From Hydrurus foetidus (lineage: Eukaryota): a stretch of DNA of 64,000 nucleotides. Each line of letters starts with the position of its first letter. Positions within the stretch are counted from its first letter, which is position 1. Position numbers and translations under genes: made by a program. Positions 10,216 through 19,943 of this stretch are shown here, in pieces. The notes beneath the pieces were generated by a model that saw nothing but the letters and a program-made list of their open reading frames with translations, made no database searches and was not told the origin of the DNA. The stretch spans positions 1-64,000 of the forward strand of contig UYFQ01000141.1 of assembly GCA_900617105.1 (NCBI GenBank), given 5' to 3'.

Positions 10216-11061
10216 TTAGTACTTCTTGCCGCGCAGCTCTTCCATGCGCTCGTTGAAGTATGTTTCCACTGTGTAGCGCTCGGACAGCACTACTTCGCGG
10301 CGCGGGTGCAAAAACAGTGGCAGTGAGATGCGTGATTTTTTGGCACCTTCGCCCACGGGGTTGAGCACGCGGTGCGAGGTGCTGGGGTAGTAGCGGCCAG
10401 AGGCCTCTTGCAGCATGTCGCCAATGTTGACGATCAGGTAGCCAAAGTCGCAGGGCACATCAAACCAGGCGTTGTCCTTGCCTTTGACCTGCAGGCCGGG
10501 CTCGGTGGCGGCGGGCAGGATGGTCAGCAGGTTGATGTCTTCATGCGCGGCGGCGCGCACGGCACCGGGGTCTTCGTCGCCTTGCAGCGGTGGATAGTGC
10601 AGCACGCGCAAGAGCGTGTGGTCGCTGTCTTCAATCATCTTCGGCAGTGGCATGGAATAGCGGGCCTTCACCTCGGGCGGGGAGTTGTCCTCCACCCAGC
10701 CCAGCAGCGTGGCGGCCAGCGCGGCGCCTTGCGCGTAGTAGCGCTGGGCGTTGTCGCTCACCTCGGTTGGGTAACGGCCCCAGGGGTAGATGTGAAAGAA
10801 CTCTTTGAGGTCTTTTTTGGTGTTGTTCTTGGCCGTCTCGGACACGCTGGGCGAGAAGTAACCGTCATGCTTGACCGGGTCGTTGGGGTACTGGCCCTTG
10901 GCCTCGGATTTGAAGAACCCCAGCCATTCGGCGTAAATGCTTTCCACCAGGTCCTGGTTCAGCGGGTGGTTCTTCAGCACGCCAAAGCCTGTTGCGTGCA
11001 GGCTCTCGCAAAACTCTTGTGGAGCGGTAGGGCTGGTGAAGTCAACAACGGGTAAATGCAT
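10216..11061 (-). CDS. 2-oxoglutarate/Fe(II) dioxygenase (isopenicillin N synthase-like)
   Basis: DIOX_N-like N-terminus LPVVDF..GFGVLKNH; HEDINLLT (HxD), STSHRV (distal His), RISLPLF (RxS). Confidence 0.92.
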   Translation of the reverse strand: MHLPVVDFTSPTAPQEFCESLHATGFGVLKNHPLNQDLVESIYAEWLGFFKSEAKGQYPNDPVKHDGYFSPSVSETAKNNTKKDLKEFFHIYPWGRYPTEVSDNAQRYYAQGAALAATLLGWVEDNSPPEVKARYSMPLPKMIEDSDHTLLRVLHYPPLQGDEDPGAVRAAAHEDINLLTILPAATEPGLQVKGKDNAWFDVPCDFGYLIVNIGDMLQEASGRYYPSTSHRVLNPVGEGAKKSRISLPLFLHPRREVVLSERYTVETYFNERMEELRGKKY

Positions 11062-11095
11062 GGCGGTCCTCGCAGGGTCTCGGTGCGTTGATAAA

Positions 11096-12082
11096 TTACA
11101 GCCAGCTCGCCATCAGTGTGGATTCGATCAGCTCGCGCGCGGCATCTACCTTGAGGTTCATGCAGGCGTGGGTGTCGGGCACGTCGTCGCCCCAGCCAGG
11201 TTGGGGGTAGAAGATGTCCTTGCGGCGCATCATGGTCTGGCCGTTGCCTGGGCCGTCCAGCGTCACGCGGATGCGACCAGACTGGGTTTCAAACAGCTCA
11301 GGGTTGGTCAGCGCCACAAAGGCCAGCACGTCGTGGCCAAAGCAGCCGTGGATCTTGGCCACATGGGGGTACAGGCCGCTGTAGAAGTCGGCATAGAAGC
11401 TCACCGCGTGGTGCAGCACGTCGGTGGCCACATGCTTGTGGTGGTCGGCCACGCGTTTGAACAATGCCAGCGGCAAGATCAGCTGGTGTGTCACGTCCAG
11501 GCCCACCATGGTGAGCTTCCAGCCAGCGGTGAATACAAAGTCGGCGGAGTGAGGGTCGTTCCAGATATTGGCTTCGGCCACGGGGGACACGTTGCCGGGC
11601 TCCATCACCGTGCCGCCCATGATGATGACTTCTTGCAACAGTTGCGGCAGCTTGGGTTCCAGCTTCAGCGCGGTCGCCAGGTTGCCCAGTGGGCCTACGG
11701 CCACCAAGGTGATCTCGCCAGGATGCGCACGCGCCATGTCCACGATGAACTGGGCAGAGGGGCGGGGGTCCAGCACGCTGGTGGTGGGCACGCGGCTGGG
11801 CAGGTTGCCCAGGCCATCACCACCGTGGATGAAGTCGGGCGGGGTGCCGGGGGCCTTGAGCCAAGGGGTTTTTACGCCCAGGGTCACGGGGATTTTTTTG
11901 CCGGCGATTTCGGTCAGGTACAGGCCGTTGATGGCGGCTTGTTCCACCGTCACGTTGCCAAAGGTGGTGGTGATGCCGACCACGTCAATGCCGGGATGGG
12001 CCAGTGCGTAGTACAGCGCCATGGCGTCGTCCACACCGGGGTCGGTGTCATAAATTACTTTGCGTGCGGTGGTGTTACTCAT
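11096..12082 (-). CDS. nucleoside hydrolase (IU-NH family)
   Basis: DTDPGVDD motif, IHGGDGLG, GPLGNLA, AEANIWNDP, HD. Confidence 0.95.
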   Translation of the reverse strand: MSNTTARKVIYDTDPGVDDAMALYYALAHPGIDVVGITTTFGNVTVEQAAINGLYLTEIAGKKIPVTLGVKTPWLKAPGTPPDFIHGGDGLGNLPSRVPTTSVLDPRPSAQFIVDMARAHPGEITLVAVGPLGNLATALKLEPKLPQLLQEVIIMGGTVMEPGNVSPVAEANIWNDPHSADFVFTAGWKLTMVGLDVTHQLILPLALFKRVADHHKHVATDVLHHAVSFYADFYSGLYPHVAKIHGCFGHDVLAFVALTNPELFETQSGRIRVTLDGPGNGQTMMRRKDIFYPQPGWGDDVPDTHACMNLKVDAARELIESTLMASWL

Positions 12083-12117
12083 ACAAACGTCTCGGTTAAA
12101 AAATTGGGTCTAAAAAA

Positions 12118-13050
12118 TCAGGCCAGGCCGCAGAAGGCGCGAAGAGCCTGCTCAGCCTCGGGGGACGTCTTGGGGTGCTGGGCGATGAAGGTAGACACCT
12201 CTGCCGCCTCGGGAATGCTGGACTGGGCGCCCCAACGGGTGCAGGCAATGGCGCTTGCGGCGCTGGCAAATTGCAGCGCGTCGGGCAATGCCTTGCCCTG
12301 ACTCAGCGCGGCCACCAGGCTGCCGCAAAAGGTGTCACCGGCGCCCGTGGTGTCCACCGGCGTGATCGGGTAGGCGCCTTGCAGGGTGAACGCACCGTGC
12401 TGGCGCGCACAGCTGCCGCGGTGCCCCAGGGTGACCACCACGGTGGGCACGTTGATGCGTTCCAGGCACTCGGCAATGTTGCCGGTGTGGCCCGACACGG
12501 TGGCCAGTTCGCCTTCGTTCACTACCAGCACATCGGTGTGCGCCAGCAACTCTGCGGGCAGGCTTTGCGCGGGGGCGGCGTTCAGCACCACGGTCACGCC
12601 CTGGGCGCGGGCGGCCTTGGCGTAGGCGGTGACCGTTTCCATGGGGGTTTCCAGCTGCAGCAGCAGATGCGTGAAGCCTTGCAGGTTGGGCAGGTGCTCG
12701 GGGCGCAGCTGGGCATTGGCACCGGGGGCCACGGTGATGGCGTTTTCGGCGTCATCGGACACGCAGATGAAGGCGGTGCCAGTGGGGTGGTCGGGTGTGC
12801 GGATGGTGTGCAACTGCACGCCAGCACCTTTGAGCGAGGCTTCCAAAGGTACGGCAAATGCGTCATCGCCCAGGCCCACCAGCATGTGTGTGGGGGCGGC
12901 ACCAGCGCGGGCGCTAGCCACGGCCTGGTTAGCGCCTTTGCCACCGGGAAATGTTTTGAAATCGCGGCCCAGCACCGTTTCTCCCGGGCTGGGGATGTGA
13001 TGGGCCCGGACCACAAAGTCCAGATTGGCAGAGCCAGCCACAAGTATCAT
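12118..13050 (-). CDS. rbsK: ribokinase
   Basis: GSANLD, PGGKGANQA, LQLE, NAAPA, NEGE, DTTGAGDTF. Confidence 0.92.
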   Translation of the reverse strand: MILVAGSANLDFVVRAHHIPSPGETVLGRDFKTFPGGKGANQAVASARAGAAPTHMLVGLGDDAFAVPLEASLKGAGVQLHTIRTPDHPTGTAFICVSDDAENAITVAPGANAQLRPEHLPNLQGFTHLLLQLETPMETVTAYAKAARAQGVTVVLNAAPAQSLPAELLAHTDVLVVNEGELATVSGHTGNIAECLERINVPTVVVTLGHRGSCARQHGAFTLQGAYPITPVDTTGAGDTFCGSLVAALSQGKALPDALQFASAASAIACTRWGAQSSIPEAAEVSTFIAQHPKTSPEAEQALRAFCGLA

Positions 13051-13145
13051 CGGTTGCACTTTCTGTACACAAAGAGCGTCTATTTTGACGCCGATTTCCC
13101 CGCCCGCCGATAAGCCTCGGCGTATAGACCCCAATGTCCTTGCAA

Positions 13146-14084
13146 ATGACCAGCCCTGCCGCCGCCCGCACCACCGTGGTGGGTGGTGCCAACATGGATG
13201 TGGGGGCGCAAACCCAAACTCCCTTGCTGCCCGGTGATTCCACGCCCGGCCATATCCACTACGCGCCCGGCGGCGTGGGCCGTAATATTGCCGAAAACTT
13301 GGCTCGCCTGGGTAGTGCCGTGGCACTGGTCTCGGTGGTCGGCGACGATGCCTTTGGGCAAGACATTCTGGCCCACACGCGCAGCGTGGGAGTAGATGTG
13401 TCGGGCGTCACAGCGCTGGCGGGGCAACGAACGGCTACCTACCTGTCCATGCACGGCCCTGATGGCGACATGGCCTTGGCGGTGAACGACATGGCGATCC
13501 TGGAAAGCCTGACCCCCGCATTGATAAAGGCTGAAGAGGCGATGCCAGCGCACACCGACGTGCTGGTGCTGGACTGCAACCTGAGTGCGCCCACGCTAGC
13601 CTGGCTGCTGGAGCAAGCCACCCAGCCCGTGTTTGTGGACGCCGTGTCGGTAGCCAAATGCCAGCGCCTAGTGCCCGTGCTGGGCCGGGTGCACACCTTG
13701 AAAGTCAACCGCCTTGAGGCGCAGGCCTTGTGTGGCGCGGTCGTGGACACCGCGGCAGATGCCCGGCGCGCGGCGCTGGCCCTGCACGGCATGGGTGTGC
13801 AGCGCGTGGTGCTGAGCCTGGGCGCCTTGGGCGTGGCCTGGTGCGATGCCGATGGCAGCACCGGCGTGCAGGCCGCTGCCGCTGTGCCGGTGGTCAACAC
13901 CACGGGGGCCGGCGACGCATTGTTGGCCGGGCTGGTGCATGCCCACGCGCTGGGCCTGTCCCTGCCGCGCAGTGTGGAATACGCCATGGTCTGCGCCGAG
14001 ATCACCCTTTCCAGTACATTCGCGAACGCCTTGGACTTGTCGCACGCTGCGGTGCAAAGCCGATTGGCCGCTGTGGCGGTTTGA
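13146..14084 (+). CDS. psuK: pseudouridine kinase (PfkB family, no N-terminal HTH)
   Basis: GGANMD, GGVGRNIAENLARLG, SVAKC, NTTGAGDA; adjacent to psuG. Confidence 0.8.
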   Translation: MTSPAAARTTVVGGANMDVGAQTQTPLLPGDSTPGHIHYAPGGVGRNIAENLARLGSAVALVSVVGDDAFGQDILAHTRSVGVDVSGVTALAGQRTATYLSMHGPDGDMALAVNDMAILESLTPALIKAEEAMPAHTDVLVLDCNLSAPTLAWLLEQATQPVFVDAVSVAKCQRLVPVLGRVHTLKVNRLEAQALCGAVVDTAADARRAALALHGMGVQRVVLSLGALGVAWCDADGSTGVQAAAAVPVVNTTGAGDALLAGLVHAHALGLSLPRSVEYAMVCAEITLSSTFANALDLSHAAVQSRLAAVAV

Positions 14085-14103
14085 GCTATTTTTTTGGACC
14101 TTT

Positions 14104-15036
14104 ATGACACTGAACGCCTACCTTGATATTGCCCCCGAAGTGCAGCACGCACTGGATGCCGGCCAACCCGTGGTGGCGCTCGAATCCACCATCATTTCCC
14201 ACGGCATGCCGTATCCACAAAACGTCGCCACGGCGCTGCAAGTGGAGCGGGAAGTGCGCAACCACGGCGCGGTGCCCGCCACCATTGCGATCGTCAATGG
14301 CCGCCTGAAGGCGGGCCTGTCAGCGGCCGAGATTGAAGCGCTGGGCAAGTCGGGTCGCGATGTGGTGAAAGTGAGCCGCCGCGACGTGCCCTTCATCGTG
14401 GCGGCGGGTGCCACGGGCGCCACCACGGTGGCCTCCACCATGATCATTGCGGCCATGGCGGGCATTCGTCTGTTTGCCACAGGTGGCATTGGCGGCGTGC
14501 ACCGCGGCGCGCAGCAAAGCTTTGACGTGTCTGCTGACCTGCAAGAGCTGGCACAAACGCCGGTGGCGGTGGTGTGCGCAGGGGCCAAATCGATTCTGGA
14601 CTTGCGCCTGACGCTGGAGTACCTGGAAACCCACGGCGTGCCCGTGGTGGGCTATCAAACCAATGCGCTGCCGGCCTTCTTTACACGCGACAGCGCGTTC
14701 TCGGTAGATTACCGCTTGGACACCCCGCAAGACATTGCCCGCGCGCTCCACGTCAAGTGGGCCATGTCCCTCAAGGGTGGCATGGTCATTGCTAATCCTA
14801 TTCCCGAGGCGTATGCCATGCCACGGGCCGCTATTGACGCGGCGATCGAACAGGCGCTGGCCGAGGCACAGGCCCAAAATATTGGCGGCAAAGAGTCCAC
14901 ACCGTTCCTGCTGGCGCGGGTTTGTGATATCACCGGCGGCGACAGTCTGGCTGCCAATATTCAGCTGGTGCTGAATAACGCAAGGTTGGCCAGTGCCGTG
15001 GGTATTGAATTGGCCGGGATGGGCGGGAGCGTTTGA
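14104..15036 (+). CDS. psuG: pseudouridine-5'-phosphate glycosidase
   Basis: VVALESTIISHGMPYP, ATTVASTM, TGGIGGVHRG, DVSADL, GAKSILD, TPFLL. Confidence 0.96.
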   Translation: MTLNAYLDIAPEVQHALDAGQPVVALESTIISHGMPYPQNVATALQVEREVRNHGAVPATIAIVNGRLKAGLSAAEIEALGKSGRDVVKVSRRDVPFIVAAGATGATTVASTMIIAAMAGIRLFATGGIGGVHRGAQQSFDVSADLQELAQTPVAVVCAGAKSILDLRLTLEYLETHGVPVVGYQTNALPAFFTRDSAFSVDYRLDTPQDIARALHVKWAMSLKGGMVIANPIPEAYAMPRAAIDAAIEQALAEAQAQNIGGKESTPFLLARVCDITGGDSLAANIQLVLNNARLASAVGIELAGMGGSV

Positions 15037-15189
15037 GTGGCAAAAGTTGAATGCTTGTAACGATAAACAGGTTATAACGATTAACTTATATACGGATAAG
15101 CACTGATGGTGACACTACAGCGCGAAGGTATTCTTGGCTTATATTGAAAAGCCGTTTTTTTTAAACCTCATAGGGAATTGCGAGACGTT

Positions 15190-16173
15190 ATGAACATCAA
15201 AACTACTGTGCACATGAGCCTGTTGGCCGCCACGCTGGCTGCCAGTTTCCAGGCAATGGCTGCCGATCCTGCCATCGTGTTCGACATGGGTGGCAAGTTC
15301 GACAAGTCCTTTAACGAAGCCGCGTACACCGGTATCGAAAAGTGGAAAAAGGAAACTGGCAAGAAGTACCTCCAGTTTGAAATCACCAACGAATCCCAGC
15401 GCGAGCAAGCGATCCGCCGTATGGCTGAACGCGGTGCCAGCCCCATCATCGGCATTGGTTTTGGCCAGGCTTCCAGCATCGAAAAAGTAGCCAAGGAATT
15501 CCCCAAGCTGCAATTCGCCATCATCGACATGGTGGTGGACCTGCCTAACGTGCAGTCTGTGGTGTTCAAGGAACAAGAAGGCAGCTTCTTGGTGGGTGTG
15601 ATGGCGGCCATGGCTAGCAAGACGGGCAAGGTCGGCTTTGTGGGCGGTATGGACATTCCCTTGATCCGCAAGTTTGAGTGCGGCTACAAGCAAGGCGCCA
15701 TGTACGCCAACCCCAAGGCTGAAATGATTGGCAACATGACCGGCACCACCGGCGCTGCATGGAACGACCCCGCACGCGGTGGTGAGTTGGCCAAGGCCCA
15801 GTTCTCGCAAGGCGTGGACGTGGTGTTTGCTGCCGCTGGTGGCACCGGCATCGGCGTGTACCAAGCCGCCAAGGACAGCGGCAAGCTGGCCATCGGTGTG
15901 GACAGCAACCAAAACCACATCCAGCCCGGCACCATGCTGACTTCCATGCTCAAGCGTGTGGACGTGGCGGTGCTCAACGTGGCCAAGAACTTCAAGCCAG
16001 GTATTTCTGTGTTGGGCCTGAAAGAAGGCGGCGTGGACTACGCGGTGGACGCCAACAACGCCAAGCTGGTGACGGCCGACATGAAGAAGAAGGTGGAAGC
16101 TGCCAAGGCCGACATCATCAGTGGCAAGATCAAAGTGGCTGACTTCATGGCGGACAACGCCTGCAAGTTCTAA
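15190..16173 (+). CDS. BMP family nucleoside ABC transporter substrate-binding protein
   Basis: Signal peptide, DMGGKFDKSFN, FKEQEGSFLVG, AAGGTG, GVDSNQ, SMLKRVD. Confidence 0.93.
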   Translation: MNIKTTVHMSLLAATLAASFQAMAADPAIVFDMGGKFDKSFNEAAYTGIEKWKKETGKKYLQFEITNESQREQAIRRMAERGASPIIGIGFGQASSIEKVAKEFPKLQFAIIDMVVDLPNVQSVVFKEQEGSFLVGVMAAMASKTGKVGFVGGMDIPLIRKFECGYKQGAMYANPKAEMIGNMTGTTGAAWNDPARGGELAKAQFSQGVDVVFAAAGGTGIGVYQAAKDSGKLAIGVDSNQNHIQPGTMLTSMLKRVDVAVLNVAKNFKPGISVLGLKEGGVDYAVDANNAKLVTADMKKKVEAAKADIISGKIKVADFMADNACKF

Positions 16174-16227
16174 GAACCTGACACGGTGGGCACAGGACGC
16201 TGGTCCGGGCCCACCACACGGACAGAC

Positions 16228-16260
16228 AAGCCCGCGGCGCCTTCGGTGTCGTGGGCTTTT
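16228..16260 (+). terminator. intra-operon stem-loop/terminator after the BMP gene
   Basis: aagcccgcggcgcc-ttc-ggtgtcgtgggctt followed by T residues. Confidence 0.55.
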
Positions 16261-16295
16261 CACATCGGTGGGAGTGCCCCTGTGAGGAGCGAGAT

Positions 16296-17849
16296 TTGAG
16301 TTCAGAGAGCGCATCGCCAGCCATGGCTGCCCAGCTGGCAGTCCACATGAGCGGCATCAACAAGCGGTTTGGCGCCGTGGCCGCCAACGCGGACGTGGAG
16401 CTGCAGGTGCAAACGGGCACCGTGCACGGCATCGTGGGCGAGAACGGGGCCGGCAAAAGCACGCTGATGTCCATCCTGTATGGCTTCTACCAAGCCGACA
16501 GTGGCGCGATTACCGTGCTGGGCAGGCCGGTCACTATTCGCCATGCCGACGACGCGATTGCCCAGGGCATTGGCATGGTGCACCAGCATTTCATGTTGGT
16601 GGACACCTTGACTGCGCTGGAAAACGTGATGCTCGGTGCCGAACCCCACTGGCTGCTGAACCAGGCTGATGCCCTAGTGCGCGGCAAGCTGGAGAGCCTG
16701 ATGCAGGCGACCGGACTGCGGGTGAAACTGGATACGCTGGTCACCGACTTGCCAGTGGGCGACCGCCAGCGACTGGAAATTTTGAAGGCGCTGTACCGTG
16801 GCGCCAAGGTGCTGATTCTGGATGAGCCCACAGCGGTGCTCACGCCGCAAGAAACCGAACACCTGTTCAAGGTGTTGCGCGTGCTGCGCGAGCAGGGCAC
16901 CACCATCTTGCTGATTACCCACAAGCTCAAGGAAGTCATGGGTCTGTGCGACCGCGTGACCGTGATGCGCGGTGGACGTGTGGTGCAGGATTTGCCGATT
17001 GTCGAGGCCTCCATCGAAGGCCTGGCCGAAGCCATGGTGGGCCGCAAGGTGCAAATGGGCCGCGTGGACCAGGACACCCGCCCGGTAGGCGACGTATTGC
17101 TGGACCTGCGCGACGTGCTGGTGCGCGACGCCATGCAGGTGGTGCGCTTGCAAGGGCTGAACCTGCAGTTGCGCGCCGGAGAAATTGTGGGCGTGGCCGG
17201 AGTGTCTGGCAACGGCCAGAGCGAGTTGCTGGATGTGTTGTCCGGCTTGTTGGCGCCGCAAGAAGGTAGCTTGCAGATGGGCGGCCAACAGTTTGTGCCG
17301 CAGCGCTGGCTGGACCCCCAAACTGCACGTGCGCTTGGCCTGGCCCATGTGCCTGAAGACCGCCATGCGCGCGCGATGGTGATGGACTTTGTGGCCTGGG
17401 AATCGGCCGTGCTGGGCTACGACGGCCTGGCCGAGTACGCCACCCGCGGCTGGATGGCCCATGGCCGCATGCGCCAGGCCACGGCCCGCATGATGGAGCG
17501 ATTTGACGTGCGCCCGCGCGACCCGGAGCTGGGCAGCAGCAAGTTCTCGGGCGGCAACCAGCAAAAGCTGGTGCTGGCGCGCGAGTTGGGGCAGTCCCCA
17601 AAGGTGCTGCTGGTGGGCCAGCCCACGCGTGGCGTAGACATTGGGGCGATTGAGTTTATTTATTCGCAGCTGCGCGCCATGCGCGACGCCGGCTGCGCGG
17701 TGCTGGTGGTGTCCAGCGAACTGGATGAAATTTTGGCGTTGTCGGACAGGGTGATTGTGATGAACCAAGGGCGGGTCACCGGAGAGCTGGCGATTCAGGA
17801 TTGCACTGAGGCCGGTATTGGCCTGCTGATGACGGGGGGGGACCAATGA
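16296..17849 (+). CDS. nucleoside/sugar ABC transporter ATPase (two ABC domains)
   Basis: GENGAGKST, ILDEPTAVLTP, SGGNQQK, QPTRGVD; TTG start after GAGGAG assumed. Confidence 0.93.
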   Translation: MSSESASPAMAAQLAVHMSGINKRFGAVAANADVELQVQTGTVHGIVGENGAGKSTLMSILYGFYQADSGAITVLGRPVTIRHADDAIAQGIGMVHQHFMLVDTLTALENVMLGAEPHWLLNQADALVRGKLESLMQATGLRVKLDTLVTDLPVGDRQRLEILKALYRGAKVLILDEPTAVLTPQETEHLFKVLRVLREQGTTILLITHKLKEVMGLCDRVTVMRGGRVVQDLPIVEASIEGLAEAMVGRKVQMGRVDQDTRPVGDVLLDLRDVLVRDAMQVVRLQGLNLQLRAGEIVGVAGVSGNGQSELLDVLSGLLAPQEGSLQMGGQQFVPQRWLDPQTARALGLAHVPEDRHARAMVMDFVAWESAVLGYDGLAEYATRGWMAHGRMRQATARMMERFDVRPRDPELGSSKFSGGNQQKLVLARELGQSPKVLLVGQPTRGVDIGAIEFIYSQLRAMRDAGCAVLVVSSELDEILALSDRVIVMNQGRVTGELAIQDCTEAGIGLLMTGGDQ

Positions 17850-18970
17850 GCGGCGCTTACCCCTTGCCCCGTTGGGCGGATTTGGTGCTGCTGCCGGCCG
17901 TGTGCCTGTTGGTGGCTTTGCTGGCTGCGGCCGGTGTGGTGGCTCTGGTGGGGCAGGACCCGGTGGAGGTGATCTCGGTGCTGATCCACGGTGCCTTTGG
18001 TACCCAGCGCGGCGTTGGCTACACGCTGTACTACGCCACCACCTTCATCTTCACTGGCCTGGCCGTGGCGGTGGCCTTTCATGGCGGGCTGTTCAATATT
18101 GGTGGCGAGGGCCAGGCCATTCTGGGTGGACTGGGTGTGGGCCTGGTAGCGCTATGGCTGTCGCATGCCTTGCCCGCCTGGATCATGTTGCCGCTGATGG
18201 TGTTGTCAGGTGCCTTGTTTGGGGCTGCTTGGGCGGCGGTGCCTGCCTATTTGCAGGCCTACCGCGGCAGCCACGTGGTGATCACCACCATCATGTTCAA
18301 CTTCATTGCCAGTAGCTTGCTGGTCTACCTGCTGGTGAACCACTTGCGTCCCGCTGGCTCCATGTCGGTGGAGAGTGCTGCGTTTGCCGATTCGGCCAAG
18401 CTGCCTGCCATGCATGTGGCGCTGGGTTGGCTGGGCCTGGAATGGGCGGACTCGCCCTTGAACCTGAGCCTATTGCTGGCGCTGGCCGCTGCGCTTGGCG
18501 TGTACCTATTCTTGTGGCGCACGCGGGCGGGCTACCACCTGCGTGCGGTGGGCTCCAGCCCCAGCGCGGCGGAGTACGCGGGCATCCGGTCGCGGCACCA
18601 GATCGTCATTGCCATGTCTATCTCTGGGGGGCTGGCCGGGCTGGTGGGCATGAACGAGATTGCCGGGGTGAATGGCCGCCTGTTGCTGGAATTCGTCAGC
18701 GGCGCCGGGTTCACCGGCATTGCGGTAGCGCTGATGGGGCGCAACCACCCGGTGGGAATTATTTTTGCCAGCGTGTTGTTTGGTGCCCTGTTCCAAGGCG
18801 GGGCCGAAGTGGCGTTTGAAGTACCGGGCTTCAGCCGCGACATGGTGGTGATGTTGCAGGGCTTTATCGTGCTGTTTTCAGGGGCCATGACGTATGTGAT
18901 TGCGCCCAGACTGGGCTGGGGCTTGGCGACGGTGGTCAAGGTTTTCAAAGTGGGGGTGCGCCATGGATGA
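17846..18970 (+). CDS. nucleoside ABC transporter permease
   Basis: GLFNIGGEGQ, VITTIMFN, GFTGIAVALMGRNHP. Confidence 0.92.
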   Translation: MSGAYPLPRWADLVLLPAVCLLVALLAAAGVVALVGQDPVEVISVLIHGAFGTQRGVGYTLYYATTFIFTGLAVAVAFHGGLFNIGGEGQAILGGLGVGLVALWLSHALPAWIMLPLMVLSGALFGAAWAAVPAYLQAYRGSHVVITTIMFNFIASSLLVYLLVNHLRPAGSMSVESAAFADSAKLPAMHVALGWLGLEWADSPLNLSLLLALAAALGVYLFLWRTRAGYHLRAVGSSPSAAEYAGIRSRHQIVIAMSISGGLAGLVGMNEIAGVNGRLLLEFVSGAGFTGIAVALMGRNHPVGIIFASVLFGALFQGGAEVAFEVPGFSRDMVVMLQGFIVLFSGAMTYVIAPRLGWGLATVVKVFKVGVRHG

Positions 18971-19931
18971 CACGTTGTTTGTTGCCATGCTGGCGTCCAC
19001 GCTGCGCGTGTCCACGCCGTTGATTTTGTGTGCGCTGGCGGGCTTGCTGTCCGAGCGCTCGGGCGTGGTGGATATTGGGCTGGAAGGCAAGATGCTGGCC
19101 GCCGCGTTTGCGGCCGGCGCCATGGGCGCGACCTACGAGTCCACACTGGTGGCACTGCTGGTGGGCGTGCTGGTGGCCACAGCGTTGTCGTGGATGCACG
19201 GCTTGGCATGCGTGAGCCACAAGGGCGACCAGGTGGTGTCGGGTGTGGCCATCAACATCATTGCTGCTGGCATGACCGTGGTGCTGGGCATTGCCTGGTT
19301 CGAGCAAGGCGGTCAGACGCCGCCTGTGAGTGCAGCAGTGCGCATTCAGCCACTCTTCCCGGCTTTGCAAGAGGCTGCGCTGAGCATCCCTGTGGTGGGG
19401 CGTTTGCTCGGCGAGGGGTTGCTTAGCCACAACGCGATGGTGTACTTGGCCTTGGCTTTGGTGCCAGCCACTTGGTGGCTGCTGTTTCGCACCCGTTTTG
19501 GCCTGCGCCTGCGCGCGGTGGGCGAGAACCCGCAAATGGTGGACGCGGCCGGTGTCTCGGTCAGCCGCCTGCGCTACACCGCGCTCACGCTCAATGGCAT
19601 TTTGTGTGGCCTTGCCGGCGGCTACCTGGTGTTGGCACAGAGCGCCAACTTCTCCGCCAATATGACGGCGGGTCGTGGCTTCATGGCTCTGGCCGCGCTG
19701 ATCTTTGGCCGCTGGCATCCGGTCAACGCGTTTTGGGCCTGTCTGCTGTTTGGCTTTTTGGATGCTGCGGCCATTCGCCTGCAGGGCGTGCATGTGCCCG
19801 GCATGGGCGAGGTGCCCGTGCAGTTGATTCAGGCACTGCCGTATCTGTTGACCGTGGTGCTGCTGGCCGGCTTTATCGGCAAAGCCGTGGCGCCCCAAGC
19901 ATTGGGCAAACCGTACACCAAGGAACGATAG
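18963..19931 (+). CDS. nucleoside ABC transporter permease
   Basis: SERSGVVDIGLEG, GLRLRAVGENP, GRGFMALAALIFG, LPYLLT. Confidence 0.92.
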   Translation: MDDTLFVAMLASTLRVSTPLILCALAGLLSERSGVVDIGLEGKMLAAAFAAGAMGATYESTLVALLVGVLVATALSWMHGLACVSHKGDQVVSGVAINIIAAGMTVVLGIAWFEQGGQTPPVSAAVRIQPLFPALQEAALSIPVVGRLLGEGLLSHNAMVYLALALVPATWWLLFRTRFGLRLRAVGENPQMVDAAGVSVSRLRYTALTLNGILCGLAGGYLVLAQSANFSANMTAGRGFMALAALIFGRWHPVNAFWACLLFGFLDAAAIRLQGVHVPGMGEVPVQLIQALPYLLTVVLLAGFIGKAVAPQALGKPYTKER

Positions 19932-19943
19932 ACTCCACGGTGT

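Noticed and set aside
15055..15090. Direct repeat taacgat(a/t)aac upstream of the BMP gene as an operator
   Set aside because: Short, AT-rich and with no cognate regulator nearby; it may be real but the evidence is too weak to call.
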